Assembly (NCBI GenBank): GCA_038147155.1
Contig: JAYQTA010000002.1
Span: 329,744 to 393,743, forward strand
Length of the DNA: 64,000 nucleotides
Direction: 5' to 3'
Source: Candidatus Australimonas brisbanensis
Lineage (GTDB): Bacteria > Chloroflexota > Dehalococcoidia > Lucifugimonadales > Australimonadaceae
Position 1 is the stretch's first letter. Each line of letters starts with the position of its first letter. Below are positions 27,465-36,893 of the stretch, piece by piece. The position numbers and the translations under genes are program-made. The notes beneath the pieces are model-generated. The model ran no database searches and had not been told where the DNA came from. It saw nothing but the letters and a program-made list of their open reading frames with translations.

Positions 27465-27483
27465 CCGTTCCCCAGAGGCGTAT

Positions 27484-29211
27484 ATGAAGACGACGGGCGC
27501 GAAGGCGGTGTGCGAGGCCCTGCTGGCCGAAGGGGTGGAGGTGGTCTTCGGCTACCCCGGCGGGGCGATCCTGCCCTTCTACGATGCCCTCTGGCACTAC
27601 CCGCAGCTGCGCCACGTGCTGGTGCGGCACGAGCAGGCCGCCGCGCACGCGGCCGAGGCGTACGCGCGCATCAGCGGCAACGTGGGGGTGTGCGTGGCCA
27701 CCTCCGGCCCCGGCGCCACCAACCTGCTCACGGGCCTGGCCGCCGCCAAGATGGACTCGGTGCCCCTGGTGGCTATCACCGGTCAGGTGGCCCGCCCCTT
27801 CTTGGGCACCGAGGCGTTCCAGGAGACGGACAACGTCGCCATGGCGCGCCCGGTCACCAAGCACGCGTTCATCGTCATGGACACGGCGGACATCGGGCCC
27901 ACCCTGCGTGAGGCGTTCCGCATCGCCCGGGAGGGGCGCCCCGGCCCCGTGCTGGTAGACCTGCCCAAAGACGTGCAGGCCGACACCCTGGAGTTCACCT
28001 ACCCCGGCCCCGCCTCCGAGGCGGAGCCCGCGCACCTGGACCCAGCGCAGGTGGCCGAGGCCGCGCGCATGATCAACGAGGCCCAGCGCCCGCTGCTCAT
28101 CGCCGGGCGCGGCGTCCACATCGCCAAGGCGTGGGACGAACTGCGCGCCCTGGCCGAGACCACCGGCGCGCCCGTGCTCAACACCCTCCACGGCACCTCT
28201 GCCTTCCCCCGCCACCACGAGCTCGCCTTCGGCATGCTGGGCATGCACGGCATGTACGCCGCCAACCTGGCCACCGCCGAGGCAGACCTGATCGTGGGCA
28301 TCGGCATGCGCTTCGACGACCGGGTCATCGGCCGCCCCGGCACCTTCGGCCCCAAGGCCAGGGTGCTGCACCTGGAGGTGGATTCCACGCAGGTGAGCAA
28401 GACGGTCAAGGCGGACCTGGCGCTGGTGGGTGACCTGCGTCGCTCCCTCGCCGCCCTGGCTCCCGCCGTGGAGCGGCGCGACCGCTCCGCATGGGTGGCG
28501 AGCCTGCACGAGGTGGACAACGAGCACCCCTCCATCGACGTGCCGGAGACCGACGTGCTCACGCCCCAGTACTTGATGCGCGAGCTGAACAAGATGGTGG
28601 AGCACTCGGCCAACCCCGTGGTGGTCACGGGCGTGGGCCAGCACCAGATGTGGTCGGCCCAGTACCTGTTCATGCCCACGGCCAACAGCTTCGTCTCCTC
28701 GGGCGGGCTGGGGGTGATGGGCTTCGAGTTGCCCGCCGCCCTGGGCGCCCAGGTGGGCCGCCCCGGCGCGATGGTGTGGGCGGTGTGCGGTGATGCCGGC
28801 TTCCAGATGACGCTCCAGGAACTGGCCACCGTGGCCCAGGAGCACCTGCCGGTGAAGATCGTCATCGTCAACAACGGCTTCTCCGGCATGGTGCGCCAGT
28901 GGCAGGAGATGTTCTACGACCACCACTACAAGGCGGTCTCCATCTCGGGGCCCGACCTGGTGGCCCTGGCAGGCGCCTATGGCATCCCCGCCGCCCGCGT
29001 CAGCGAGAAGGACGAGGTGGGCTTCGCCCTGGCCATGGCCGCCGCGCACCGAGGGCCCTACCTGCTGGACTGCCGCGTGAGCCCGGAGGAGAACGTGTTC
29101 CCCATGGTGCCGCCCGGCGCATCGCTGGCCGAGACCGTGGAGGACCCACGCGCCGTTCCGCGCCGCGAGCCCGTCCACATCATCGCCGAGGGCCTCGTCT
29201 CCTACCCCTAG
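27484..29211 (+). CDS. ilvB: Acetolactate synthase large subunit
   Basis: FGYPGG, RHEQ, TSGPGATN, FQETD, GMLGMHG, RFDDRV, VGQHQMW, MVRQWQ. Confidence 0.93.
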   Translation: MKTTGAKAVCEALLAEGVEVVFGYPGGAILPFYDALWHYPQLRHVLVRHEQAAAHAAEAYARISGNVGVCVATSGPGATNLLTGLAAAKMDSVPLVAITGQVARPFLGTEAFQETDNVAMARPVTKHAFIVMDTADIGPTLREAFRIAREGRPGPVLVDLPKDVQADTLEFTYPGPASEAEPAHLDPAQVAEAARMINEAQRPLLIAGRGVHIAKAWDELRALAETTGAPVLNTLHGTSAFPRHHELAFGMLGMHGMYAANLATAEADLIVGIGMRFDDRVIGRPGTFGPKARVLHLEVDSTQVSKTVKADLALVGDLRRSLAALAPAVERRDRSAWVASLHEVDNEHPSIDVPETDVLTPQYLMRELNKMVEHSANPVVVTGVGQHQMWSAQYLFMPTANSFVSSGGLGVMGFELPAALGAQVGRPGAMVWAVCGDAGFQMTLQELATVAQEHLPVKIVIVNNGFSGMVRQWQEMFYDHHYKAVSISGPDLVALAGAYGIPAARVSEKDEVGFALAMAAAHRGPYLLDCRVSPEENVFPMVPPGASLAETVEDPRAVPRREPVHIIAEGLVSYP

Positions 29212-29606
29212 CCCGGATAGTGCCGCAGTTCCAGGGTCATTCCCTCGGGCGTGGTCAGGTAGGACGAGAAGCCGTCCCCGTGGGCGCCCCAACGGGACTG
29301 AACCGGCCCCGGCTCGATGCCGAAGGCCCGCACCTGCTCCAGCACCGCGTCCAGCTCCCCCGGCGGCACCACCATGCAGTAGTGGTCCAGCCGCTGCGCG
29401 GCCGGCTCGGCGCCCGCCGTCTCCTGGGGGAAGAAGTCGATGAGGGTGTCCGCCGTGACGCGCACCGAGGGGAAGCGCTTCTTCCCCGCGCGCCACTCCG
29501 CCACCCGCAGCGCCTCAAGGCCCAGGGCCTCGGTGTAGAAGCGAAGGGAACGCTCGATGTCCGGGCTGCGCAGGACGATGTGATCGAAGGCGACGACGCG
29601 GGTCAT
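29208..29606 (-). CDS. VOC/glyoxalase family protein
   Basis: FDHIVL, FPSVRV, LDHYC, RWGAHG, LELRHY. Confidence 0.85.
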   Translation of the reverse strand: MTRVVAFDHIVLRSPDIERSLRFYTEALGLEALRVAEWRAGKKRFPSVRVTADTLIDFFPQETAGAEPAAQRLDHYCMVVPPGELDAVLEQVRAFGIEPGPVQSRWGAHGDGFSSYLTTPEGMTLELRHYPG

Positions 29607-29858
29607 GGCACCCTCCCCTACCCGTTGGCTGTGAGGAACGGGGCCATTCTACCCCCCGCGCGGGAAAGTGTTACCTACTCGTAACCCGCGCGTGGGCGCA
29701 TCGGTCAGAGGTACCATTGACAGCCCCTAGGGGGCCCTCTACCCTGCCGTCCGTCCCGGTGGGTGTGGGCGCTGGCGCGGATCGCCCCCGCCGGATTCAC
29801 AGCCGCGTTCTCCTCACGCGGCCAGCCTCCCGCACCCGCGGGCCGGGAGCAGCCGCGC

Positions 29859-30719
29859 ATCCTCACCCTGGGGGTTCCCTCCGTGAACGGCAGGACTGCC
29901 CTCCATATCGTTTCGGACGGCGCCTTCAAGCAGGACGGCGGCGTGCTCTTCGGTCAGGTGCCCAAGGGGCAGTGGCAGGAGTGGATGCCCGCTGACCGGC
30001 GCAACCGGGTGAAGCTGGGCCTCAACTGCATGCTGGTGCGCATCGGGGAGCGCAACTACCTGGTGGACACCGGCGTGGGGGGCAAGCACTCGGCGCTGGT
30101 GCGCGACGCCTTCGGCATCGCCTCCTCCCAATTGCTCAACGCCCTGCGAGCCTTCGACCTGGGCCCCCAGGACATCAATGGCGTGGTGCTGACCAGCCTG
30201 AGCTTCGAGCACTGCGGCGGGGCCACGCGCGCCAACCGGCGGGGAGAGGTGGTGCCCACCTTCCCCAAGGCGGACTACTTCGTCCAGCGCGAGGCGCTGG
30301 AGGAGGCGACCGCTCCCACCGAGCGCCAGAGCGAGGGGTTCTATCCCGACGACTTCCTCCCCCTCCAGGAGAAGGAGCGGCTGGTGCTGGTGGACGGGGA
30401 GGAGACCATCATCCCCGGCCTGCAGGTGCGCCGGGCCAGCGGGCCCACCGAAGGGCACCAGATTGTGCTGGTGACCCACGGCGGCGAGCGCGTGGCCTTG
30501 CTGGGCGACCTGGTCCCCACCCCCTACCACCTCCAGCTCGCCTGCATCTCTGCGGCGGACCGCCAACCCGAGGAGACGCTGGAGCACAAGCGTGAGGTGC
30601 TGGCCGAGGCCGTGGCCGACGGCTGGTTGCTGGTGTTCAGCCACGGGCTGGAGGAGCACGCCGGATACCTGGAGAACCGCAACGGGCGCCTCTTCCTGCG
30701 ACCCGTGAGCCTCTCCTAG
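29859..30719 (+). CDS. MBL-fold metallo-hydrolase (YtnP-like); start uncertain
   Basis: DGGVLFG, VDTG, TSLSFEHCGG (degenerate HxHxDH), GHQ, GDL, SH. Confidence 0.8.
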   Translation: MLTLGVPSVNGRTALHIVSDGAFKQDGGVLFGQVPKGQWQEWMPADRRNRVKLGLNCMLVRIGERNYLVDTGVGGKHSALVRDAFGIASSQLLNALRAFDLGPQDINGVVLTSLSFEHCGGATRANRRGEVVPTFPKADYFVQREALEEATAPTERQSEGFYPDDFLPLQEKERLVLVDGEETIIPGLQVRRASGPTEGHQIVLVTHGGERVALLGDLVPTPYHLQLACISAADRQPEETLEHKREVLAEAVADGWLLVFSHGLEEHAGYLENRNGRLFLRPVSLS

Positions 30720-30826
30720 ACAACGAGTTCCAGCCCGCCTGCCCGGTTGGCGCCCACGCGCTCGCCCTTCTAGAATGCCTCCCACTCAACCGGCGCCCGC
30801 CCGTGCGCGCGCACCCGGAGGCTCCC

Positions 30827-32083
30827 TTGGCGTCCCCCACCGCACCTCGCGTCTTCGTCACCGGCATCGGCATGGTCACCCCTCTGGGGGTGGACGTGCG
30901 CTCCACCTGGGAGGGGCTGCTGGCGGGCCGTTCCGGCATCCGCGCCATCAGCGCCTTCGACACGGGTGGGTTCGAGACCACCATCGCCGGGCAGGTGGAG
31001 GGGTTCGACCCCGAACTGTACGTGGACCGCAAGCAGGCGCGCAGGCTCGACCGCTTCGCCCAGTTCGCCGTGGCCTCCACCGCGCAGGCCCTGGCCCAGG
31101 CCGGGCTCAACCTGCAGGACGGGAGCGTGGACGCAACCCGCGTGGCATCGGTGGTGGGTTCGGGCATCGGCGGCATCATCACCATGTCCGAGCAGTGGGC
31201 GGTGTTGGCGGAGAAGGGCCCCACGCGGGTGAATCCGTTCCTAGTGCCCATGATGCTGGCGGACATGGCCCCCGGCCAGGTGTCCATCCTGTTCGGTGCG
31301 CAGGGGCCCAACCTATGCACTGTCACGGCCTGCTCCTCCGGTGCCGATGCCATCGGCACCGCCTTCGCGATGCTCCGCCGTGGCGAGGCCGACATCGCCA
31401 TCGCCGGGGGCACCGAGGCCCCCATCTGCCCGCTGGCCGTGGCGGGGTTCAACGCCTGCATGGCCCTCTCCAAGCGCAACGACGACCCGCAGGGCGCCTC
31501 GCGCCCCTTCGATGCGGGCCGTGACGGCTTCGTCATGGGCGAGGGTTCCGGGGTGCTGATCCTGGAGACCGAGGCCTCCGTCGTGCGGCGGGGCGTTACC
31601 CCCCTGGCAGAGCTTGCAGGCTACGGGGCCACGTCTGACGCTCACCATGTCACCCAGCCGGCCCCCGGTGGAGTGGGCGCAGCGAGGGCCATGGGCAAGG
31701 CGCTGACCGAGGCGGGCATGTCCCCCGCCGACATCTCCTACATCAACGCCCACGGCACCTCCACGCCCATGAACGATCGACTGGAGACCGAGGCGATGAA
31801 GCTCGCCTTCGGCGAGCACGCCAGGACGGTGAAGATCTCCTCCACCAAGTCCATGACCGGCCACCTGCTGGGCGCGGCGGGCGGCGTGGAGGCCGCCATC
31901 AGCGTCATGGCCGTCTATGAGGGCGCCATCCCCCCCACCATCAACCTGTCCGAGCCAGACTCGGACTGTGACCTGGACTACACCGCCAACATGTCCCAAC
32001 GCGGACTGGTGAAGGCGGCCATGTCCAACAACCTGGGCTTCGGCGGCCATAACGCCAGCCTCATCTTCCGCCGGATCGGCTGA
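30827..32083 (+). CDS. fabF: Beta-ketoacyl-ACP synthase II
   Basis: TACSSG, GFVMGEG, NAHGTST, KSMTGH, GFGGHNA. Confidence 0.95.
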   Translation: MASPTAPRVFVTGIGMVTPLGVDVRSTWEGLLAGRSGIRAISAFDTGGFETTIAGQVEGFDPELYVDRKQARRLDRFAQFAVASTAQALAQAGLNLQDGSVDATRVASVVGSGIGGIITMSEQWAVLAEKGPTRVNPFLVPMMLADMAPGQVSILFGAQGPNLCTVTACSSGADAIGTAFAMLRRGEADIAIAGGTEAPICPLAVAGFNACMALSKRNDDPQGASRPFDAGRDGFVMGEGSGVLILETEASVVRRGVTPLAELAGYGATSDAHHVTQPAPGGVGAARAMGKALTEAGMSPADISYINAHGTSTPMNDRLETEAMKLAFGEHARTVKISSTKSMTGHLLGAAGGVEAAISVMAVYEGAIPPTINLSEPDSDCDLDYTANMSQRGLVKAAMSNNLGFGGHNASLIFRRIG

Positions 32084-33808
32084 TTGCTCTCCACCCCCTC
32101 GCTCTTCCAGGGCAACGCCCGCCGCTGGCGCATCGCTCCGCCCACCCCGGCGGCGGACGCCGCGCTGGTGGGAAGCACCCTGCCGCCCCTGGCGGCGCAC
32201 CTGTTGGCCCGCCGGGGCATCGCCGCGGCACCCGCCGCCGCCGACTTCCTGGCGGTGAGTGAGCACCTGTTCGAGGACCCCGCTGCTCTACCCCACATCG
32301 AGCAGGCCGTGGCGCGGTTGCATGCAGCCCGCGAGCGCGGCGAGATGGTGGCGGTGTACGGCGACTTCGACGCCGACGGGGTGACGGGAACGGCGCTGGC
32401 GGTGAAGGCGCTGACGCGCTTCGGCGTGCGCGCCATCTCCTACATCCCCCACCGGGTGAGCGAGGGGCACGGGCTGAACAACGCCGCCGTGGACGCCCTG
32501 CGCGAGCGCGGCGCGGGGCTCATCCTCACGGTGGACTGCGGGGTGACGGATGTGGGGCCGGTGGCCTACGCGCGCAGTCACGACGTGGACACCATTATCA
32601 CCGACCACCACCACGTGCCCGACGGCGACCTGCCGGAGGCGGTGGCGGTGATCAACCCCCGCGCGCCGCACTCGGCCTACGGCTTCGACCACCTGACGGG
32701 CGTGGGCATGACGCTCAAGGTGGCCCAGGCGCTGTTGGCCCCGGAACACCCCCTCGACTGGGCCGATGGCCTGCTGGAACTGGCGGCCATCGGCACCGTC
32801 ACCGACATGGCCCCCCTCCAGGGGGAGAACCGCTACATCGTCCACCACGGCCTCGCCCAGCTGCGCGCCACACGCTCGGTGGGCCTGCGCGCCCTGCTGG
32901 CGGCGGGGCGGGTGGAGCCCGCCCACGCCAGCGCGGAGACCATCGGCTTCACCATCGGCCCGCGCATCAACGCGGCGGGACGGTTGGACCACGCCGACAC
33001 CGCGCTGGCCCTCCTAGTGACGGACGACCCCGAGCAGGCGGCGGCGCTGGTGGTCGAGCTGGACGCGCTGAACGGGGAGCGCCAGCGCCTCACCGAGGAG
33101 ACGCTCACCGCCGCGCGCGCCCAGGTGCCCGAGGTGCTTCCGCCCCTGCTGGCGGTGGGTGATGCCTCCTTCAACCCCGGGGTGGTGGGACTGGTGGCGG
33201 GCAAGCTGGCGGAGGAGTTCGGTGTGCCCGCCTTCGTCTACACGCTGGAGGGCGGACAGGTGATGGCGAGCTGCCGCTCGACGCCGGGGTTCCACTGGGC
33301 CGAGGCCCTCGGCGCGTGCGAGGACCTGCTCACCCGCTACGGCGGACACGCCCAGGCGGCGGGGTTCACCTGCACGGCCGACGCCCTCCCCCTGCTCACC
33401 ACCCGCCTGCAGGACCTGGCCGCCGAGCAGTTGGGCGACGCGCCCCCCGCGCCTGAGGGCGTGGTGGATGCCGAGGTCACCCTGCGCGAGCTCATGGGCC
33501 CCACGTTCACCACGCTGCGGCGCATGGAACCCCACGGGGTGGGCAACCCCTCCCCGGTGTTCCTCACCCGTGGTCTGGTGGTGGAGCAGGCCCGCACCAT
33601 GGGGGCGGACGGGGCGCACTTCAGGCTGAACCTGCGGGCCGATGGCGCGCGCTGGGAGGCGGTGGCCTTCCGCCAACGCTGGGAATCAGGTACCGGAGCG
33701 GTGGACCTGGTCTACACCATCGGCGTTGATCACTGGAACGGCGCCGAGCGCCTGCGCCTCACCGTGCTCGACTACGCCCCTTCCCCGCTCGCCCCGCTCG
33801 CGCATTAG
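32084..33808 (+). CDS. recJ: ssDNA-specific exonuclease RecJ
   Basis: YGDFDADG, TVDCG, TDHH, GPRINAAGRL, GGHAQAAG. Confidence 0.95.
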   Translation: MLSTPSLFQGNARRWRIAPPTPAADAALVGSTLPPLAAHLLARRGIAAAPAAADFLAVSEHLFEDPAALPHIEQAVARLHAARERGEMVAVYGDFDADGVTGTALAVKALTRFGVRAISYIPHRVSEGHGLNNAAVDALRERGAGLILTVDCGVTDVGPVAYARSHDVDTIITDHHHVPDGDLPEAVAVINPRAPHSAYGFDHLTGVGMTLKVAQALLAPEHPLDWADGLLELAAIGTVTDMAPLQGENRYIVHHGLAQLRATRSVGLRALLAAGRVEPAHASAETIGFTIGPRINAAGRLDHADTALALLVTDDPEQAAALVVELDALNGERQRLTEETLTAARAQVPEVLPPLLAVGDASFNPGVVGLVAGKLAEEFGVPAFVYTLEGGQVMASCRSTPGFHWAEALGACEDLLTRYGGHAQAAGFTCTADALPLLTTRLQDLAAEQLGDAPPAPEGVVDAEVTLRELMGPTFTTLRRMEPHGVGNPSPVFLTRGLVVEQARTMGADGAHFRLNLRADGARWEAVAFRQRWESGTGAVDLVYTIGVDHWNGAERLRLTVLDYAPSPLAPLAH

Positions 33809-33823
33809 GGGGGCTCCCCCTGG
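33807..33823. repeat. Isolated hairpin matching the REP-like family
   Basis: AGGGGGGCTCCCCCT is identical to the second hairpin of copy A; lies between convergent genes. Confidence 0.5.
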
Positions 33824-33840
33824 ACACCGGTGGGGCCGGG

Positions 33841-35100
33841 CTAGGCCGTTGCCAGAGCAGCCGGGTCCAGCAGTGGAAGGCGCTCGAAGCGCCCCCCCAG
33901 CACCAGGTCGGCGGGCGCGCCCAGCCAGTCCTCCACCAGCGTCGCATACAGCGAACGGAAGTCCGTGGTGTAGCGCAGGTTGTTCCGGTCCAGGTCCGCC
34001 AGCGAGGGGCGCTCGCCGTACAGTCCGCCCTTCACGGGCGTGCCCACCACGAACTGCGGGCCGGCCGAGCCGTGGTCGGTACCACCGGAGGCGTTGGCGG
34101 TCACCCGTCGTCCGAACTCCGTCCACGTCATCAGCACCACGTTGTTGTCCAGCCCATGCGCCTGCAGGTCGCGGTAGAAGGCGCGGATCGCCTCGGCGAC
34201 GTGGGTCAGGAGCACCTCGTGGTCGGGCAACTGGCCCGCGTGCGTGTCGAACCCGCCCATGCTCACGTGCCCCACCCGCAGCCCCACTCCGCCCGCTATG
34301 GCCTTTGCCACCAGGGAGAGGCCCTGGCCGAGTGCCGTGGCGGGGTACTCCACGGCGGGGACGTACTCTCGGTTGGCGAGCGCCAGCGCCTCCGCGCTGG
34401 CCTGGGCGGTGTGCAGCGTCTGCTCCAGCGCCAGGGCCAATGGTGAGGCCCCCGAAGCACCCTGGAACAGCTGCGCCAACGCAGCCCCACGGGCCTTGGC
34501 GGACGCCTGCCCCTGGGGATCGGACTGCACCGCGTAGGAGGCCAGATCCCGCACCACCGCCACCTGCGCGCCGCGCGCACGCAGCGACGGGGGCATCGCC
34601 CGATCCACGGCCAGTGAGGGCACCACCGCCTGCTGGGTGGGCATGATGCCCGCGAGATAGCGGCCGAGCCACCCCTCCAGCGCCTTCCCCGTGGGGTCGG
34701 CGTTCTCCCAGATGTCCATGGAGACGAAGTGGGAGTAGTTGGGGTTGGGGTAGCCCACCCCCTCCACGATGGCCACATGGCCCTCGTCCCACAGCTCCTT
34801 CAGCGGGCCCAGCGCCGGGTGCAGCCCGGTCTGCGCGTCCAAGGGCAGCGCATCTGCCTGGGGCACGCCCATGAGGCCGCGCAGGTCGTAGTAGCGATCG
34901 TCGCTCACCGGCACCACGGTGTTGAGCCCGTCGTTGCCGCCCGCCAGCTGCACCACCACCAGCACCCGCTCGCCGGGCGCCGCAGCGGGCTGGGCGTCGA
35001 TGGCCGCCGCCACCGTACGCGCGAACACCGCCGGCATCACCGCCCCCACCGGGGCGGCCACCAGGCTGGTCTTCAGGAACTCCCTGCGGGTGATGCCCAT
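33841..35100 (-). CDS. DUF1501 family protein with Tat signal
   Basis: TRREFLK, QLAGGNDGLNT, SHF, GGFDTH, EFGRR, GTDHG, TDFRSLY. Confidence 0.9.
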   Translation of the reverse strand: MGITRREFLKTSLVAAPVGAVMPAVFARTVAAAIDAQPAAAPGERVLVVVQLAGGNDGLNTVVPVSDDRYYDLRGLMGVPQADALPLDAQTGLHPALGPLKELWDEGHVAIVEGVGYPNPNYSHFVSMDIWENADPTGKALEGWLGRYLAGIMPTQQAVVPSLAVDRAMPPSLRARGAQVAVVRDLASYAVQSDPQGQASAKARGAALAQLFQGASGASPLALALEQTLHTAQASAEALALANREYVPAVEYPATALGQGLSLVAKAIAGGVGLRVGHVSMGGFDTHAGQLPDHEVLLTHVAEAIRAFYRDLQAHGLDNNVVLMTWTEFGRRVTANASGGTDHGSAGPQFVVGTPVKGGLYGERPSLADLDRNNLRYTTDFRSLYATLVEDWLGAPADLVLGGRFERLPLLDPAALATA

Positions 35101-35108
35101 GCGCGTCC

Positions 35109-36707
35109 TCACGTGAGCTGGTGGCCGGAGGAGGCCGCCAGCAGGTAGGTGATATCGCGCAGGCGCTGTTCGCTGTCCACGGGCGCGGTGGTTGCGAAAG
35201 AGACCAGCACCTCCCGCTCCCAACGGGGGAGATGGCCACGCAGCAGTGAGGCCAGCAGGTCCACCTGCGCCTCCGGGGTCTCCGCCCCGCCCTGCGCCAT
35301 CAGCGCCAGCGGGTCGTAGCGCAATTCGGCGCGCCGGCCAGAGGCCACGGCATTGGCGAAGTTGACCCGCTCCAGCACCGTGGCGCTGGAGACCCAGTCC
35401 TCCCCGCCCGGCCATCCGGCCACGTTGGGCGGGTTGAACAGCGCCTGGCCCATGGCCTCCATGCTCACCACCGGCCGCTGGGCGCTGGTCTGCGCCCCCA
35501 GGGAGCGCAGCGTGCAGGCCACCAAGTCTGCCGGGGCGCGCACCGTGGCCGCCAGCGCACGGGAGGAGTAGAACTCCTCGGAGGTGAGAATCTCCCGCAC
35601 CACGGGGCGGATCAGCGTGCCGTTGGCGGTGAACACCGCAGCCAGCCGGTCCACCACCGCGGGCTCCGGGTCCGGGTAGGCGAAGAAGGAGAACAGGCGG
35701 GTGCTGATGAACCGGGCAGCGGCCTGCTGACGCAGGATGATGTCCACACCGTCGTCACCGTCGATGTTCCCCGTCTCCCCCAGGAGTGTCTTGGTGGTCT
35801 GGTCGTGGTCTGCAACGTTGAACCGGTACTCGCGCCGGAACAGCCCCCAGCCCGTGTAGGCGCGCGAGAGCTCGCGCACGTCGGTCTCGGTGTAGTTGCC
35901 CACGCCCAGGCTGAACAGCTCCATCAGCTCGCGCGAGTAGTTCTCGTTGGGGGCCTCCTTGCGGTTGGTGCGGCTGTCCAGGTAGATCAGCATCGCGGGG
36001 TCGCGGGAGACCGCCTTGAGCAGTTCGTCGAAGCGGCCCAGGGCGTGGGAGCGGTAGAGCTGGTTCTGCGCCAGCATCAGCTCGCCGTCGCTCACCTTGC
36101 CGTACTCGCTGGTGAGGAGTCCGTGCCAGAAGAGGGTCATGCGCTCCTGGAGCGGGCGCTGTCCATGCACCATCCGCAGCAGCCACCAGCGCTGCAGATG
36201 CCGCAGGCGCGTCAGGTCCAGTTCCTGGGCCGTCAGCAGCGCGTCCAGCGCACCGTCGTCCGCGGACTCGTAGTCCAGCAGCGCGTCCACCGCGCCCTCC
36301 ACACCCATCGCCTGGTAGCGCGCCAGCTCCGCGGGAGCGGCGCCGAACCCGGCGCGGCGCAGCAGGTGCCCCACGCGCTCCGCCTCGGTGGCTAGCGGCG
36401 AGGGCTCCGGAGGGAGCGGGGTGGGCATGGGCGTGGCGGTGGGCGTTGGCGTCGGTGTCGCGGTGGGCACCGGCGTCGGCGTGGGGCGCGCCGTGGCGGT
36501 GGGCGTGGCGAAGGGCGTCGGGGTGGGGAAAGGTGAGGGCGTCGCGGTGGAGACGGACGCCTCCTCCACCGGCGCGCAGGCGGCCAGGAGCGCCGGGAGG
36601 GATGCTGCCGAGAGGCCCAGCACCGCCGCCCGCGCCAGGAAGGCACGACGACCCATACCCTGGGTCAGCAGTCCCTCCAGTTCGCTTCCCTCACGCCGCT
36701 GGGGCAT
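35109..36707 (-). CDS. DUF1800 family protein with Tat/lipoprotein signal and Pro/Thr linker
   Basis: RRAFL...LAAC, HLLRRAGFG, ERMTLFWH, PAMLIYLD, PNENYSRELMELF, PPNVAGW. Confidence 0.9.
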   Translation of the reverse strand: MPQRREGSELEGLLTQGMGRRAFLARAAVLGLSAASLPALLAACAPVEEASVSTATPSPFPTPTPFATPTATARPTPTPVPTATPTPTPTATPMPTPLPPEPSPLATEAERVGHLLRRAGFGAAPAELARYQAMGVEGAVDALLDYESADDGALDALLTAQELDLTRLRHLQRWWLLRMVHGQRPLQERMTLFWHGLLTSEYGKVSDGELMLAQNQLYRSHALGRFDELLKAVSRDPAMLIYLDSRTNRKEAPNENYSRELMELFSLGVGNYTETDVRELSRAYTGWGLFRREYRFNVADHDQTTKTLLGETGNIDGDDGVDIILRQQAAARFISTRLFSFFAYPDPEPAVVDRLAAVFTANGTLIRPVVREILTSEEFYSSRALAATVRAPADLVACTLRSLGAQTSAQRPVVSMEAMGQALFNPPNVAGWPGGEDWVSSATVLERVNFANAVASGRRAELRYDPLALMAQGGAETPEAQVDLLASLLRGHLPRWEREVLVSFATTAPVDSEQRLRDITYLLAASSGHQLT

Positions 36708-36893
36708 GTGCACACCTCATCCGTCATCCGCAGGAGACAACGCTCCCCCGCCCTCAGTGCCAGGGCCTCTGGCCCGCGCCGCCACAGTGCATACCATACC
36801 CCGCGCGGTGGATTTCCCCCACCCGGTCAGCCCGCGGTTTGGGGCCAGCGTACCGGGTGCCCCCATGCCGTGCGCCCTGCCTAGAATGGCCGC

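Noticed and set aside
36415-36555. G-rich quasi-repeats (GTGGGC/GTCGGC)
   Set aside because: Explained by the Pro/Thr linker codons of the DUF1800 protein
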